This document shows, one piece after another, positions 1 through 8,479 of a DNA stretch of 17,878 nucleotides. Within the stretch, counting starts at the first letter, position 1. Each line of letters opens with the position of its first letter. A program made the position numbers and the translations under genes. The stretch is from Promethearchaeota archaeon. Lineage in GTDB: Archaea; Asgardarchaeota; Lokiarchaeia; Sigyniarchaeales; SOKP01. Location of the stretch: assembly GCA_048938025.1 (NCBI GenBank), contig JBHLMP010000063.1:1-17878 (forward strand), written 5' to 3'. Under the pieces are notes generated by a model. It was not told the DNA's origin. It saw nothing but the letters and a program-made list of their open reading frames with translations, and did not search any database.

Positions 1-525
1 GAGATGCTGGAGATATTCCATGAAAGTGAAATTGATATTAAGATGAAAAAAGCATCAGTTCTTAGAAGGATGCGAGATATAGAAAGTGGTTTAGATATCA
101 TCAATGAATTACTTGAGCAATATCCTAAAAATTATGATCTCCTTAATTATAAAGTTTATTGGTTGCAATATTTAAATAGAAAAAAAGAAGCATTAAAATT
201 AATTCAAGAACTCGTCGATGAAGCTCCTTATAATGGAACTTATCATGATACTTACGGAGAACTCCTAATGTATAATGAAGACTATGAAAAAGCTATAGAA
301 AAATTCTTAAAGGCAATTGAAATAGTCGGTGATGATTGGTTTATTAATCAAACTTATATTAAGCTAGGAATCTGCTATAAGGAACTTAAACAGTTCGATT
401 TAGCATTTGAAAGTCTTAAAAAGGGAAAATCCTTGACAAATGAAAGCATAGCAGATTCAGAAACCAAACAAAAATGGCTTACAATAGCAGATCTTTTCCT
501 AACTGAAATAAAAAAATTTCTCTAG
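1..525 (+). CDS. Tetratricopeptide-repeat (TPR) protein, C-terminal part (probably 5'-truncated by the window edge)
   Basis: Frame is open from base 1 (GAG ATG ...). Repeated TPR-like helical motifs: 'YHDTYGELLMYNEDYEKAIEKFLKAIE', 'TYIKLGICYKELKQFDLAFESLKKG', 'PKNYDLLNYKVYWL..LNRKKEAL'. Confidence 0.85.
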   Translation, partial: EMLEIFHESEIDIKMKKASVLRRMRDIESGLDIINELLEQYPKNYDLLNYKVYWLQYLNRKKEALKLIQELVDEAPYNGTYHDTYGELLMYNEDYEKAIEKFLKAIEIVGDDWFINQTYIKLGICYKELKQFDLAFESLKKGKSLTNESIADSETKQKWLTIADLFLTEIKKFL

Positions 526-562
526 GTCTCTATTTAAAATTTTTCTAAGAATTATCTTTATA

Positions 563-1786
563 TTATACCATTTCAACCAAAATCGATATTATATTGTTCC
601 CAAATCCTCCAAAGTTGCATGTAATCCCTGTTTTAGCCCCTTGAACTTGTCTTTTTCCTGCCTCTCCTCTTAGTTGCCATACTAATTCTACAACTTGTGC
701 AATACCGGTAGCTCCTAAGGGATGTCCTCGAGCCTTTAAGCCTCCTGAAGGATTTATAGGAATTTTCCCACCAATTTCCGTTAGGCCCTTATGCGCGGCT
801 CTTGCACCTTCACCTTTTCTGAAAAAGCCCAAATCTTCACTCTGGATTGCTTCAAGAATAGAAAATGCATCATGAGCTTCACAAACATCAATATCTTCTG
901 GATTCTTTTTTGCCATTCTATATGCTTGAGAGGATGCAATCTTCAGCGCTTTGAGTTCAGTCATCTCTTCTCGTTCATAGACTATATGAGTATCAGTTGC
1001 TTGGCCTATTCCTGAAATCAAAACAGGATCATTACAAAAATCTTTTGCAACCTCAGCATTACATAAAACTAAAGCAGCAGCTCCATCTGATATTGGACAA
1101 ATATGAAACAATCTTAAAGGGTCAGAAATTATAGGATTGGTCGTATCATCATTAAGAAAATCATAAACATTATCCCAATTTCCTTTTCTTTTTTGAATAG
1201 CGCTCTTCATAAAATCTTCAATAGTTTTTTGATAATGCGCATTCGGGTTTAATGCACCATTTCGATGATTTTTAATTGCAATATCTGAAATCCAGTCAAG
1301 TTTAGCATTATATTTTTCAAGATAAATTCGTGTTAATAACCCGGCAAAAGAGGGAAGAGAAACTCCATGAGGTCTTTCTGCTTGATGATGTGTTAATGTA
1401 GCAACATTAGAAGTGATATATCCCGGCTGAGTGATATGTGTCATCTTCTCTCCTCCAACAACTAAAACTAAATCACTAATTCCTGAAGCGATTGCTTGAA
1501 ACCCATTTTTTACTGCTGAACCTCCACTAGCAGGTCCATTTTTAATATGATCAGCAGCAGCAGGTATTAGACTTATTCTATCTACTAAAGCACTAGCAAT
1601 TCCAGAAAGATGATTATATACTTCAGGACTCATAGCTCCGACATATACAGAATCAAAATCTTTATCATTTGTATTTGAATCCTCAATAGCTTCTAATGAA
1701 GCTTCGCATAATATATCTAATAAGTCTTTCCCTTCTAATCTTCCAAATTTGGTATGACCTACTCCTATTATAGCTACTTTTTCCAT
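563..1786 (-). CDS. Thiolase-like protein (SCP2/archaeal acetyl-CoA acetyltransferase-type fold), nucleophilic Cys replaced
   Basis: N-terminal VAIIGVGHTKFG, VLVVGGEKM, CPISDGAAA, EAHDAF, INPSGGLKARGHPLGATG motifs. The usual ENACASG motif reads KNGPASG. Confidence 0.9.
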   Translation of the reverse strand: MEKVAIIGVGHTKFGRLEGKDLLDILCEASLEAIEDSNTNDKDFDSVYVGAMSPEVYNHLSGIASALVDRISLIPAAADHIKNGPASGGSAVKNGFQAIASGISDLVLVVGGEKMTHITQPGYITSNVATLTHHQAERPHGVSLPSFAGLLTRIYLEKYNAKLDWISDIAIKNHRNGALNPNAHYQKTIEDFMKSAIQKRKGNWDNVYDFLNDDTTNPIISDPLRLFHICPISDGAAALVLCNAEVAKDFCNDPVLISGIGQATDTHIVYEREEMTELKALKIASSQAYRMAKKNPEDIDVCEAHDAFSILEAIQSEDLGFFRKGEGARAAHKGLTEIGGKIPINPSGGLKARGHPLGATGIAQVVELVWQLRGEAGKRQVQGAKTGITCNFGGFGNNIISILVEMV

Positions 1787-1854
1787 ATCTTTAAACTTTA
1801 TACTTTTAGTTCTATTTTAAATATGGATGAATAATAAAATCAAGAGTGTTTCTA

Positions 1855-3048
1855 TTAATCTTCACTTAACTTTTTCTTTAAAGCTTCGGTTAATAAAGGT
1901 ACAATCTCGCATAAATCACCTACAATGCCATAGTTTGCTACGTTAAATATTGAGGCATTAGGATCTTTATTTATTGCGATTATTATATCGCTACTTTTCA
2001 TACCTACTAAGTGTTGGATCGTTCCTGATATTCCACATGCGATATAAATTTTCGGAGAAACTGTATTTCCACTTTGTCCCACTTGCTGTGACTTTGGAAT
2101 CCACCCCAAGTCAACAGCAGCTCTACTTGCTCCGACAGCAGCATTTAAAACATTCGCTAAATCCTCAATCAATTTAAAATTTTCCTTACTTCCAACGCCT
2201 CTTCCACCAGATACAATAGTATCTGCCTCACAAACTGGAATACCGCATTCAGCGCTAGTTCCACTGATTACTTCTTTTGTTTTTACCTTTAAACCTTGAA
2301 GATCAACTAATACAGAGATTTCAATGATTTCTGTATTACTACTACCTTGGATTGATGCTTTTTCCATGACATTAGGTCTAACTGTTGCCATTTGAGGACG
2401 TGTTGCAGGACAAATTATATCAGCCATAACATTTCCACCAAAAGCAGGTCTTGTCTGTAATAATAATCCATCTCTTATAGACAACCCAGTACAATCAGCA
2501 GTAAGACCCAGCTCGAGAGTAGCGGCAACTCTTGGGGCTAGATCCCTTCCTTTTATAGTGGCGGGATACAATACAATATTGGGGTTATATTTTGAAATTA
2601 TACCAGTGATTACAGAGGAATAAGTTTCAGTGTGATAATCCTTAAGAGCCTCATGTTCAGCAATGTATATTTTATGCGCACCACGACTTGAGAAATCTTC
2701 GGTGAATTTTTTTACTTTGTCTCCTATAAGTAAGACACATACTTTTTGCTTTAGTTCATCAGCAAGCTCAATAGCTTTCCCTAACAATTCAAATGATACA
2801 TTTCTGACTTTTCCATCTTTTATCTCAGCAACAATCCACACATCTTGATATTTTGACAGATCAACTTCTTCCATCCTTTTCCGTTGTATAGTAATTGCCC
2901 CTACATTACATTGATCGACACATGCACCACAAAGAGTACACTCGTCTCCTATAACTGCGATTTTCTCTATAATTGTAATTGCTCCAAATGGACATCCTTT
3001 TTCACATATTCCACATCCCGTACACTTCTCCTTATCTACATTTATCAG
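1855..3048 (-). CDS. etfA: Electron transfer flavoprotein alpha subunit with N-terminal 2x[4Fe-4S] ferredoxin domain (397 aa, probable CTG start)
   Basis: The track ORF (1855..2874) has EtfA motifs GLTADCT, TRPAFGGN, SGGRG, QVGQSG, GISGTIQH, AINKD. I read the same frame 58 codons further upstream with no stop: (L)INVDKEKCTGCGICEKGCPFGAITIIEKIAVIGDECTLCGACVDQCNVGAITIQRKR-MEE. CTG at 3048..3046 lies 6 nt after AGGTGA (3060..3055). Confidence 0.9.
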   Translation of the reverse strand: MINVDKEKCTGCGICEKGCPFGAITIIEKIAVIGDECTLCGACVDQCNVGAITIQRKRMEEVDLSKYQDVWIVAEIKDGKVRNVSFELLGKAIELADELKQKVCVLLIGDKVKKFTEDFSSRGAHKIYIAEHEALKDYHTETYSSVITGIISKYNPNIVLYPATIKGRDLAPRVAATLELGLTADCTGLSIRDGLLLQTRPAFGGNVMADIICPATRPQMATVRPNVMEKASIQGSSNTEIIEISVLVDLQGLKVKTKEVISGTSAECGIPVCEADTIVSGGRGVGSKENFKLIEDLANVLNAAVGASRAAVDLGWIPKSQQVGQSGNTVSPKIYIACGISGTIQHLVGMKSSDIIIAINKDPNASIFNVANYGIVGDLCEIVPLLTEALKKKLSED

Positions 3049-3049
3049 A

Positions 3050-3838
3050 TTAAATCACCTTATCTTTAGATAATAATTCGACTAATTTTTGAACTGAAGC
3101 TTCAGGTGTCTCCTCCTCAATAATGACACCCTTTTGTCTCGCTGGTGGGGAATAAACCTTAATAACTTCAGTTAATGACCCATTCAACCCATAATTATCC
3201 TTACTACCCCCAAGTTCTTCTGCATCCCAAGTAGAAAAAGGTTTCTTATTTGCTTTCATTATGCTCATCATTGGAGGGTTAGTTGGCTCAAATGAAGAGG
3301 GAGTCATTCCAGTTATAAGTACTGGGAGCCTTGCATCGACAATCTTATACCCATCATCTGTTTGAACTTTTGCAGTCAATTTTTTCCCTTCCAATTTTTC
3401 AATACTCTCGACATAGGTAATTTGTGGAATGCCCAATTGAGCAGCAATTTCAGGTCCAACTTGGGCTGTGTCTCCATCAATGGCTTGTAATCCGCAGAAA
3501 ACTATATTGAAATCACCTATTTTCTTGATGCACTGAACAAGAGTATAAGAAGTTGCCCAAGTATCAGCACCAGCAAAAGCTTTATCACTGAGCAAGATTG
3601 CCTTATCTGCTCCCAATGCTAGACACTTCAATAAAGCCTTTTTAGCCTGAGGAGGTCCCATAGAGATTACAATAATCTCATCACCTTCTTGTCTAATTTT
3701 AATAGCCTCTTCAAGCGCAAATTGGTCAAAAGGATTTAATATGCTAGGTACGCCCTCTCTTATTAAGGTATTTGTTTCAGGATCAATTTTTACTTCAGTT
3801 GTATCAGGAACTTGCTTTACACATACAATAAATCTCAT
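3050..3838 (-). CDS. etfB: Electron transfer flavoprotein beta subunit (bifurcating/FixA-like group)
   Basis: VCVKQVPDT, REGVPSILNPFDQFALEEA, SMGPP, FAGADTWATS, QAIDGDTAQVGP motifs. Confidence 0.95.
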   Translation of the reverse strand: MRFIVCVKQVPDTTEVKIDPETNTLIREGVPSILNPFDQFALEEAIKIRQEGDEIIVISMGPPQAKKALLKCLALGADKAILLSDKAFAGADTWATSYTLVQCIKKIGDFNIVFCGLQAIDGDTAQVGPEIAAQLGIPQITYVESIEKLEGKKLTAKVQTDDGYKIVDARLPVLITGMTPSSFEPTNPPMMSIMKANKKPFSTWDAEELGGSKDNYGLNGSLTEVIKVYSPPARQKGVIIEEETPEASVQKLVELLSKDKVI

Positions 3839-3927
3839 AATTTTATCAAAATTAAATTAAAACTATAATCTTAATCTCAATCTTTTAAGATTTAAATATA
3901 GATATTAAAAATATAAAAAAAAGTTAA

Positions 3928-5112
3928 TTAATATTGTTTCTTACCAAGTAATTCTCTTGCAACAATCATCTTCATAACTTCAGAACTCCCTTCTGCAAGT
4001 GAGAATGATCTAACTGCACGCCAAGCGGCTTGGTCAGGGCATTCTCGTGAATATCCAAAAGCACCTTGCCACTGCATAACATCATTTATTGCACTACAAG
4101 CCCATTCGGAACAGACCATTTTTCCCATAGCAACAGTTTTACTGGTCTCAAATCTGCTTGCTTTCCCTTTTTGTTCTAAATCAATAGTCATTAATGCTCG
4201 ATAACCCCAATCTCTTAACATATTTAATTTGGTATAATGTTCAGAAAGTTTAAAATTAATTCCTTGATATTGGGATAATGGCTTTCCAAAAGATATTCTT
4301 TCCTTAATATAATTTATTCCATTTTCTAACGATTTTAAACCTGCAGAAGCACAAATAACTGTAATTAGTGCTCTTGCATATTCGTATCCTTCATGTAAAA
4401 TGTAGAACCCTCTGTTTTCTTCACCGATTATGTAATGTTTAGGAATTTTTACATTATCAATTGTAAAACCCCCACATGAGATTCCTTCTCTTCCTAAATC
4501 ATCAATATAAGTTGGAGTAATCCCTTCTGCCGTTAAAGGTAAATAGAAACATGTCATTCCTCTAGTTCCTCGTTCTGGCGTTTGATGAGCAATTGTAACA
4601 TGACCACCACCATGGGTTACAGCCTCTCGTACTCCACTGATATACATTTTTTCACCATTAACCACAAACCCATCACCATCAGGTTTAATTGTTGTCTTAG
4701 TGCTACCTACATCTGAACCAGCGTCGCTTTCGGTTGTAGCAATTCCTAAGAACCATTCTCCAGAGAGCGTTTTTGGAAAAATTTCTTGTTTTGCTTCTTC
4801 CGTTCCATATTTATTTAAAAGAAATCCCCAAGATGCCGGAACCAAGTAGTACACACAAGTAGATCCCGTACAATCTGCTCGGGCTAATTCTTCAGCAATT
4901 ATTCCAGCACTTACAGCACTCAATCCAGGTCCACCATATTTCTCATCAGCCGTGCATGTCATAAGCCCCAATTCTGCCATTCCTTTGACAACATCTTTAG
5001 GAATTTCTTTTGTATTTTCCATTTCAAGAGCAATGGGTGCAATTTTACTTTGAGCAAATTCTCGCACACTTTCCCGAATCATTTCCTGTTCTTCTGTAAA
5101 ATCAATACTCAT
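3928..5112 (-). CDS. Acyl-CoA dehydrogenase
   Basis: FTEEQEMIRESVREFA, ATTESDAGSD, VNGEKMYISG, RISFGKPLSQYQG, GAFGY, and SLAEGSSEVMK with the catalytic-Glu position. AAAGGT ribosome-binding site upstream. Confidence 0.95.
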   Translation of the reverse strand: MSIDFTEEQEMIRESVREFAQSKIAPIALEMENTKEIPKDVVKGMAELGLMTCTADEKYGGPGLSAVSAGIIAEELARADCTGSTCVYYLVPASWGFLLNKYGTEEAKQEIFPKTLSGEWFLGIATTESDAGSDVGSTKTTIKPDGDGFVVNGEKMYISGVREAVTHGGGHVTIAHQTPERGTRGMTCFYLPLTAEGITPTYIDDLGREGISCGGFTIDNVKIPKHYIIGEENRGFYILHEGYEYARALITVICASAGLKSLENGINYIKERISFGKPLSQYQGINFKLSEHYTKLNMLRDWGYRALMTIDLEQKGKASRFETSKTVAMGKMVCSEWACSAINDVMQWQGAFGYSRECPDQAAWRAVRSFSLAEGSSEVMKMIVARELLGKKQY

Positions 5113-5265
5113 ATTTATTACCTTTTTAATTTTATGTAATATAATTTTATAAATATAATTTTTATAAAATCAAGCAATTCTTAAGTTTTATTAAATTAAA
5201 ATTGTCTTAGAATGTCATTTTTTTAAAATTTATGAATTGGATTCTAATAAGATATAAAGAAAAAT

Positions 5266-5280
5266 TAAAAAAAAAAATAA
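5266..5280 (-). terminator. Oligo-T tract, probable archaeal-type terminator of the small ORF 5285..5437
   Basis: A run of about 11 A on + (T on -) a few nt after the tandem TAA TAA stops of the small ORF. Confidence 0.4.
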
Positions 5281-5284
5281 ATTA

Positions 5285-5437
5285 TTATTCTTCTGGAAAT
5301 AATACCGTCGTTATTGATCGATCTTCTTCTGTTATAATCCAAAAGATTTTCTTTGTATTTTCATAAATTTTTACTTCTAATTCTGCAGATCGAATATTTT
5401 TTAATTTAGAAACTATATTTAATACTTCTCTAATCAT
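5285..5437 (-). CDS. Small hypothetical protein (50 aa) not in the ORF track
   Basis: Manual translation: MIREVLNIVSKLKNIRSAELEVKIYENTKKIFWIITEEDRSITTVLFPEE*, followed by a second TAA and a T-tract. The frame stays open 18 codons further upstream (TNIKLLTLIYSGRIGSPA). Confidence 0.6.
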   Translation of the reverse strand: MIREVLNIVSKLKNIRSAELEVKIYENTKKIFWIITEEDRSITTVLFPEE

Positions 5438-5559
5438 TGCTGGAGAGCCAATTCTCCCTGAATAAATTAGTGTAAGTAACTTAATATTTGTTCATTAACC
5501 TGTAGTGTATATAATATATAAAAAGGAATGATAATTCATGTCTATTAGGTGTAAAAATT

Positions 5560-6009
5560 ATGGCTAAAACAGAAGATAAAATGATAGGTTATTGTGGTTA
5601 TAATTGCTATTTATGTGCTGCTCGATCAGATGATGTCAATATTCGCCAGAAATTGGTAGATACATGGCGAAAATATCTTGGTCATGAAATCTATACTGCT
5701 GAGAATGTTAAATGTGAAGGCTGTAAGAGTATAGGAGATAATATTGCTGATAAGCAATGCCAAGCACGACCATGTGCACGAGAGAAAGGCTTAGAAAGTT
5801 GTGCTCAATGTAGTGATTTTCCATGTGATAAAGTAAAGCATCTTATAGGAAGTTCAATAGGAATGTTAACTTATAGAGCTCCCCAGTTTAAAGATATTAC
5901 AGAAGAAGAATATAACTTTTGTGTTCAACAATGGAATAGCATGCCCAATTTAATCAAAATTTTAGTGGATGAAGGTAAATTACCATCCTTTATTATTAAT
6001 AGAATTTAG
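5560..6009 (+). CDS. DUF3795-like Cys-rich (metal/Fe-S binding) protein
   Basis: GYCGYNCYLC ... CEGC ... CQARPCA..KG..SCAQCSDFPC pattern. AGGTG ribosome-binding site upstream. Confidence 0.8.
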   Translation: MAKTEDKMIGYCGYNCYLCAARSDDVNIRQKLVDTWRKYLGHEIYTAENVKCEGCKSIGDNIADKQCQARPCAREKGLESCAQCSDFPCDKVKHLIGSSIGMLTYRAPQFKDITEEEYNFCVQQWNSMPNLIKILVDEGKLPSFIINRI

Positions 6010-6039
6010 TATTTTTAAAAAAAATATTAAGTTGAAATT

Positions 6040-7383
6040 TTATTTTGGGTTCTCATTTTTTATGATTGTAGCTGCGCCCATACCCAGACCTACACACATG
6101 CTAGATATAGCATATTCCTTCCCGGATTGTTCTAGTTGATGTAAATTGGTCCCTATTAATCTCGTACCTGTTGCTCCAGTTGGATGTCCTAAAGCTATCG
6201 CTCCTCCCCATACATTAAAACGGGGATCTTCCCAATCTAGACCAAGTTCATAACAACTTGCATACACTACAGGGCTGAACGCCTCATTAATTTCTATAAA
6301 AGCCATATCATCTAGTGTCATATCTGCTCTCTCTAAAGCCATAGGGATTGATTCAATGGGGCCTGTGAGCATTAAAATAGGGTCCGTACCAACTACTGCA
6401 TAATTCACTATTGTTGCTCTTGGTTTAAGACCATATTCTTCAGCAAGTTCGCGGGTCATCCACAATTGTGCTGCAGCTCCATCACTTGTTGGGCAACTAT
6501 TACCTGCAGTAAGGAAAGCTTGACTTTTCCTGCCTGTTATCGTTCTCAAAGTAGCTAATTTCTCCATTGACGTAGTTGGTCGAGGTGTTTCATCTTTTTC
6601 TGTTAGCACAGAAAGACTTGGATCTTTAGCAACTTGGTTATTTTCTAACATCGGCTTTCCATTCTCATCCAGTTTTGGACACCATATTGATTCAATTTCT
6701 TTTCCTCTTTCATCCCAAGTTGAACAGGCTTTTTGGTGGGAATGAAATGAGAGTCCATCCATTTCGTGTCTAAATTCTTCGAGGGTTTTTCCAGATTTCT
6801 GCATCCAATGCACACCCATAACATGGGCAGAATTAATTTGTCCTGCAAATGATGTCTTATGTTCTTTTAATTTCTGAGCCACATAAGGATGCGTCATTAT
6901 TTTACTATTTGGGGCAATCATAACTTGTTTATTCTGTTCTTTGTCAAAAATATAGGAATCAGCCATTATCGGGTATCTGTTTTGTACTTCAACACCACCA
7001 CAAATTACACAATCGTGTATCCCTGAGGCTATAGCTTGCCATGCACTCATAGTTGTTTGAGCTCCACTAGCACATTGGCGATTTATTGACATACCAGGCA
7101 CACTTACAGGCAAATGGGCTGCCAATGCTGCAGTTCTTCCTATATCCAAAGCACAATCGCCAATTTGACTATTACAAGACACAATAGAATCCCCAATTAT
7201 GTTAGGATCAATTTTTATTCGATTCATAATAGTCTCATAACAATGCACTACTAGATCATCTCCTCTATGAAGTCCTACCGTTCCATTTCTTTTTCCTACA
7301 GGTGTTCTTACGTAATCAACCATAACAGGTTCTCGTTTAGGATCTTTAAAATATTTTTCATACATATTTACTGGTTCTGCCAT
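6040..7383 (-). CDS. Acetyl-CoA C-acyltransferase (3-ketoacyl-CoA thiolase), canonical catalytic residues
   Basis: YVRTPVGK, INRQCASG (nucleophile Cys), DETPRP, TAGNSCPTSDGAAA, EINEAF, GGAIALGHPTGATG, MCVGLGMG. Confidence 0.95.
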   Translation of the reverse strand: MAEPVNMYEKYFKDPKREPVMVDYVRTPVGKRNGTVGLHRGDDLVVHCYETIMNRIKIDPNIIGDSIVSCNSQIGDCALDIGRTAALAAHLPVSVPGMSINRQCASGAQTTMSAWQAIASGIHDCVICGGVEVQNRYPIMADSYIFDKEQNKQVMIAPNSKIMTHPYVAQKLKEHKTSFAGQINSAHVMGVHWMQKSGKTLEEFRHEMDGLSFHSHQKACSTWDERGKEIESIWCPKLDENGKPMLENNQVAKDPSLSVLTEKDETPRPTTSMEKLATLRTITGRKSQAFLTAGNSCPTSDGAAAQLWMTRELAEEYGLKPRATIVNYAVVGTDPILMLTGPIESIPMALERADMTLDDMAFIEINEAFSPVVYASCYELGLDWEDPRFNVWGGAIALGHPTGATGTRLIGTNLHQLEQSGKEYAISSMCVGLGMGAATIIKNENPK

Positions 7384-7563
7384 ATATATTCACTTCTTTC
7401 GAGATTTTATAGAATCAAATGAATTTTGATTAATTAATTTTATTTTAGACGCTATATTTTGAATATTTACTCAAAATATTCTTATTTTCAAAAAAGTAAA
7501 AAGAATAAATGTTTTTCTAAATTTTTTTAATAAAATAGAAATTCTTAATTTATGAGGATTATT

Positions 7564-8469
7564 ATGTTAAAAGGTATTCATTTTCTTCTAACCTATGCTT
7601 GTAATTATACGTGTGATCATTGTTTCTTGTATTGCAGCCCTAATTCAAAAGGAACATTTACATTAAAACAGATTAAACAAGTTCTTGATGAGGCAGTCAA
7701 GATTGGAACTGTAGAATGGATATATTGGGAAGGGGGTGAGCCATTTCTTTTTTATCCCATCATGCTTGAAGGAATGAGACTTGCTAAGGAAAGAGGGTTT
7801 AAAAATGGAATTGTTACTAATTCATATTGGGCTACGAGTACAGAGGATGCTGAGCTCTGGCTTAAACCTATTACTGAATTAGGTGTAGCAGATTTTAGCA
7901 TAAGTGATGATACATTTCATTTTGAAAACGAATCAGAAAATTTAGCAAAAATAGCAAGAAGAGCAGCAAATAATTTGAAGTTGCCTGCTGATTCTATTAC
8001 TATTAATGAGCCTACGATTAAAGAGGGTATTGATAAAGATCAAGAAAAAGGAGAGCCTGTGATTGGAGGAGGAGCAATGTTTAGAGGAAGGGCTGTTGAG
8101 AAATTAATCGAGGGATTACCCCAAAGACCTTGGACAGAAATGACCGAATGCCCTTATGAAGACTTAGAAGGACTTGGAAGAATTCATGTAGATCCTTTTG
8201 GTAATGCTCACATATGCCAGGGTTTAAGTATTGGAAACTTTTGGGATACTCCACTTTCAGAATTAATCAAGAATTATAAACCAAAAGCCCACCCTATTTG
8301 TGGACCATTAATCAAAGGAGGTCCTGCTGAACTAGTAAGAAAATATAATATTAACCATGAAAATACATATGTAGATGAGTGCCATCTCTGTTATATGGCA
8401 CGATTAGCATTAATAGATAAATTCCCCCAGTATATTGGACCAAAGCAAGTCTTTGGATTAGAAGAATAG
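7564..8469 (+). CDS. Radical SAM protein with C-terminal SPASM/twitch-like Cys cluster
   Basis: CxxxCxxC (CNYTCDHC), EGGEPFL, VTNSYWA, then C...IHVDPFGNAHICQG.SIGN...DECHLC. Start placed at the ATG at 7564 (GAGGA upstream); 7552 is the alternative. Confidence 0.9.
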   Translation: MLKGIHFLLTYACNYTCDHCFLYCSPNSKGTFTLKQIKQVLDEAVKIGTVEWIYWEGGEPFLFYPIMLEGMRLAKERGFKNGIVTNSYWATSTEDAELWLKPITELGVADFSISDDTFHFENESENLAKIARRAANNLKLPADSITINEPTIKEGIDKDQEKGEPVIGGGAMFRGRAVEKLIEGLPQRPWTEMTECPYEDLEGLGRIHVDPFGNAHICQGLSIGNFWDTPLSELIKNYKPKAHPICGPLIKGGPAELVRKYNINHENTYVDECHLCYMARLALIDKFPQYIGPKQVFGLEE

Positions 8470-8479
8470 AGGCTAACAA

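Noticed and set aside
3055-3057. In-frame TGA upstream of the etfA ferredoxin domain as possible selenocysteine or an etfB-etfA frameshift fusion
   Set aside because: The TGA lies within the SD (AGGTGA) and overlaps the etfB C-terminus in another frame. It does not align with a Cys position, and etfB ends normally.
791-3069. Plus-strand ORFs 791..1015, 1974..2177, 2663..2848, 2884..3069
   Set aside because: Antisense to well-supported thiolase-like and etfA genes. 2884..3069 is the shadow of the ferredoxin domain.
6645-6848. 67-aa minus-strand ORF
   Set aside because: Alternative frame nested inside the thiolase gene; no motif.
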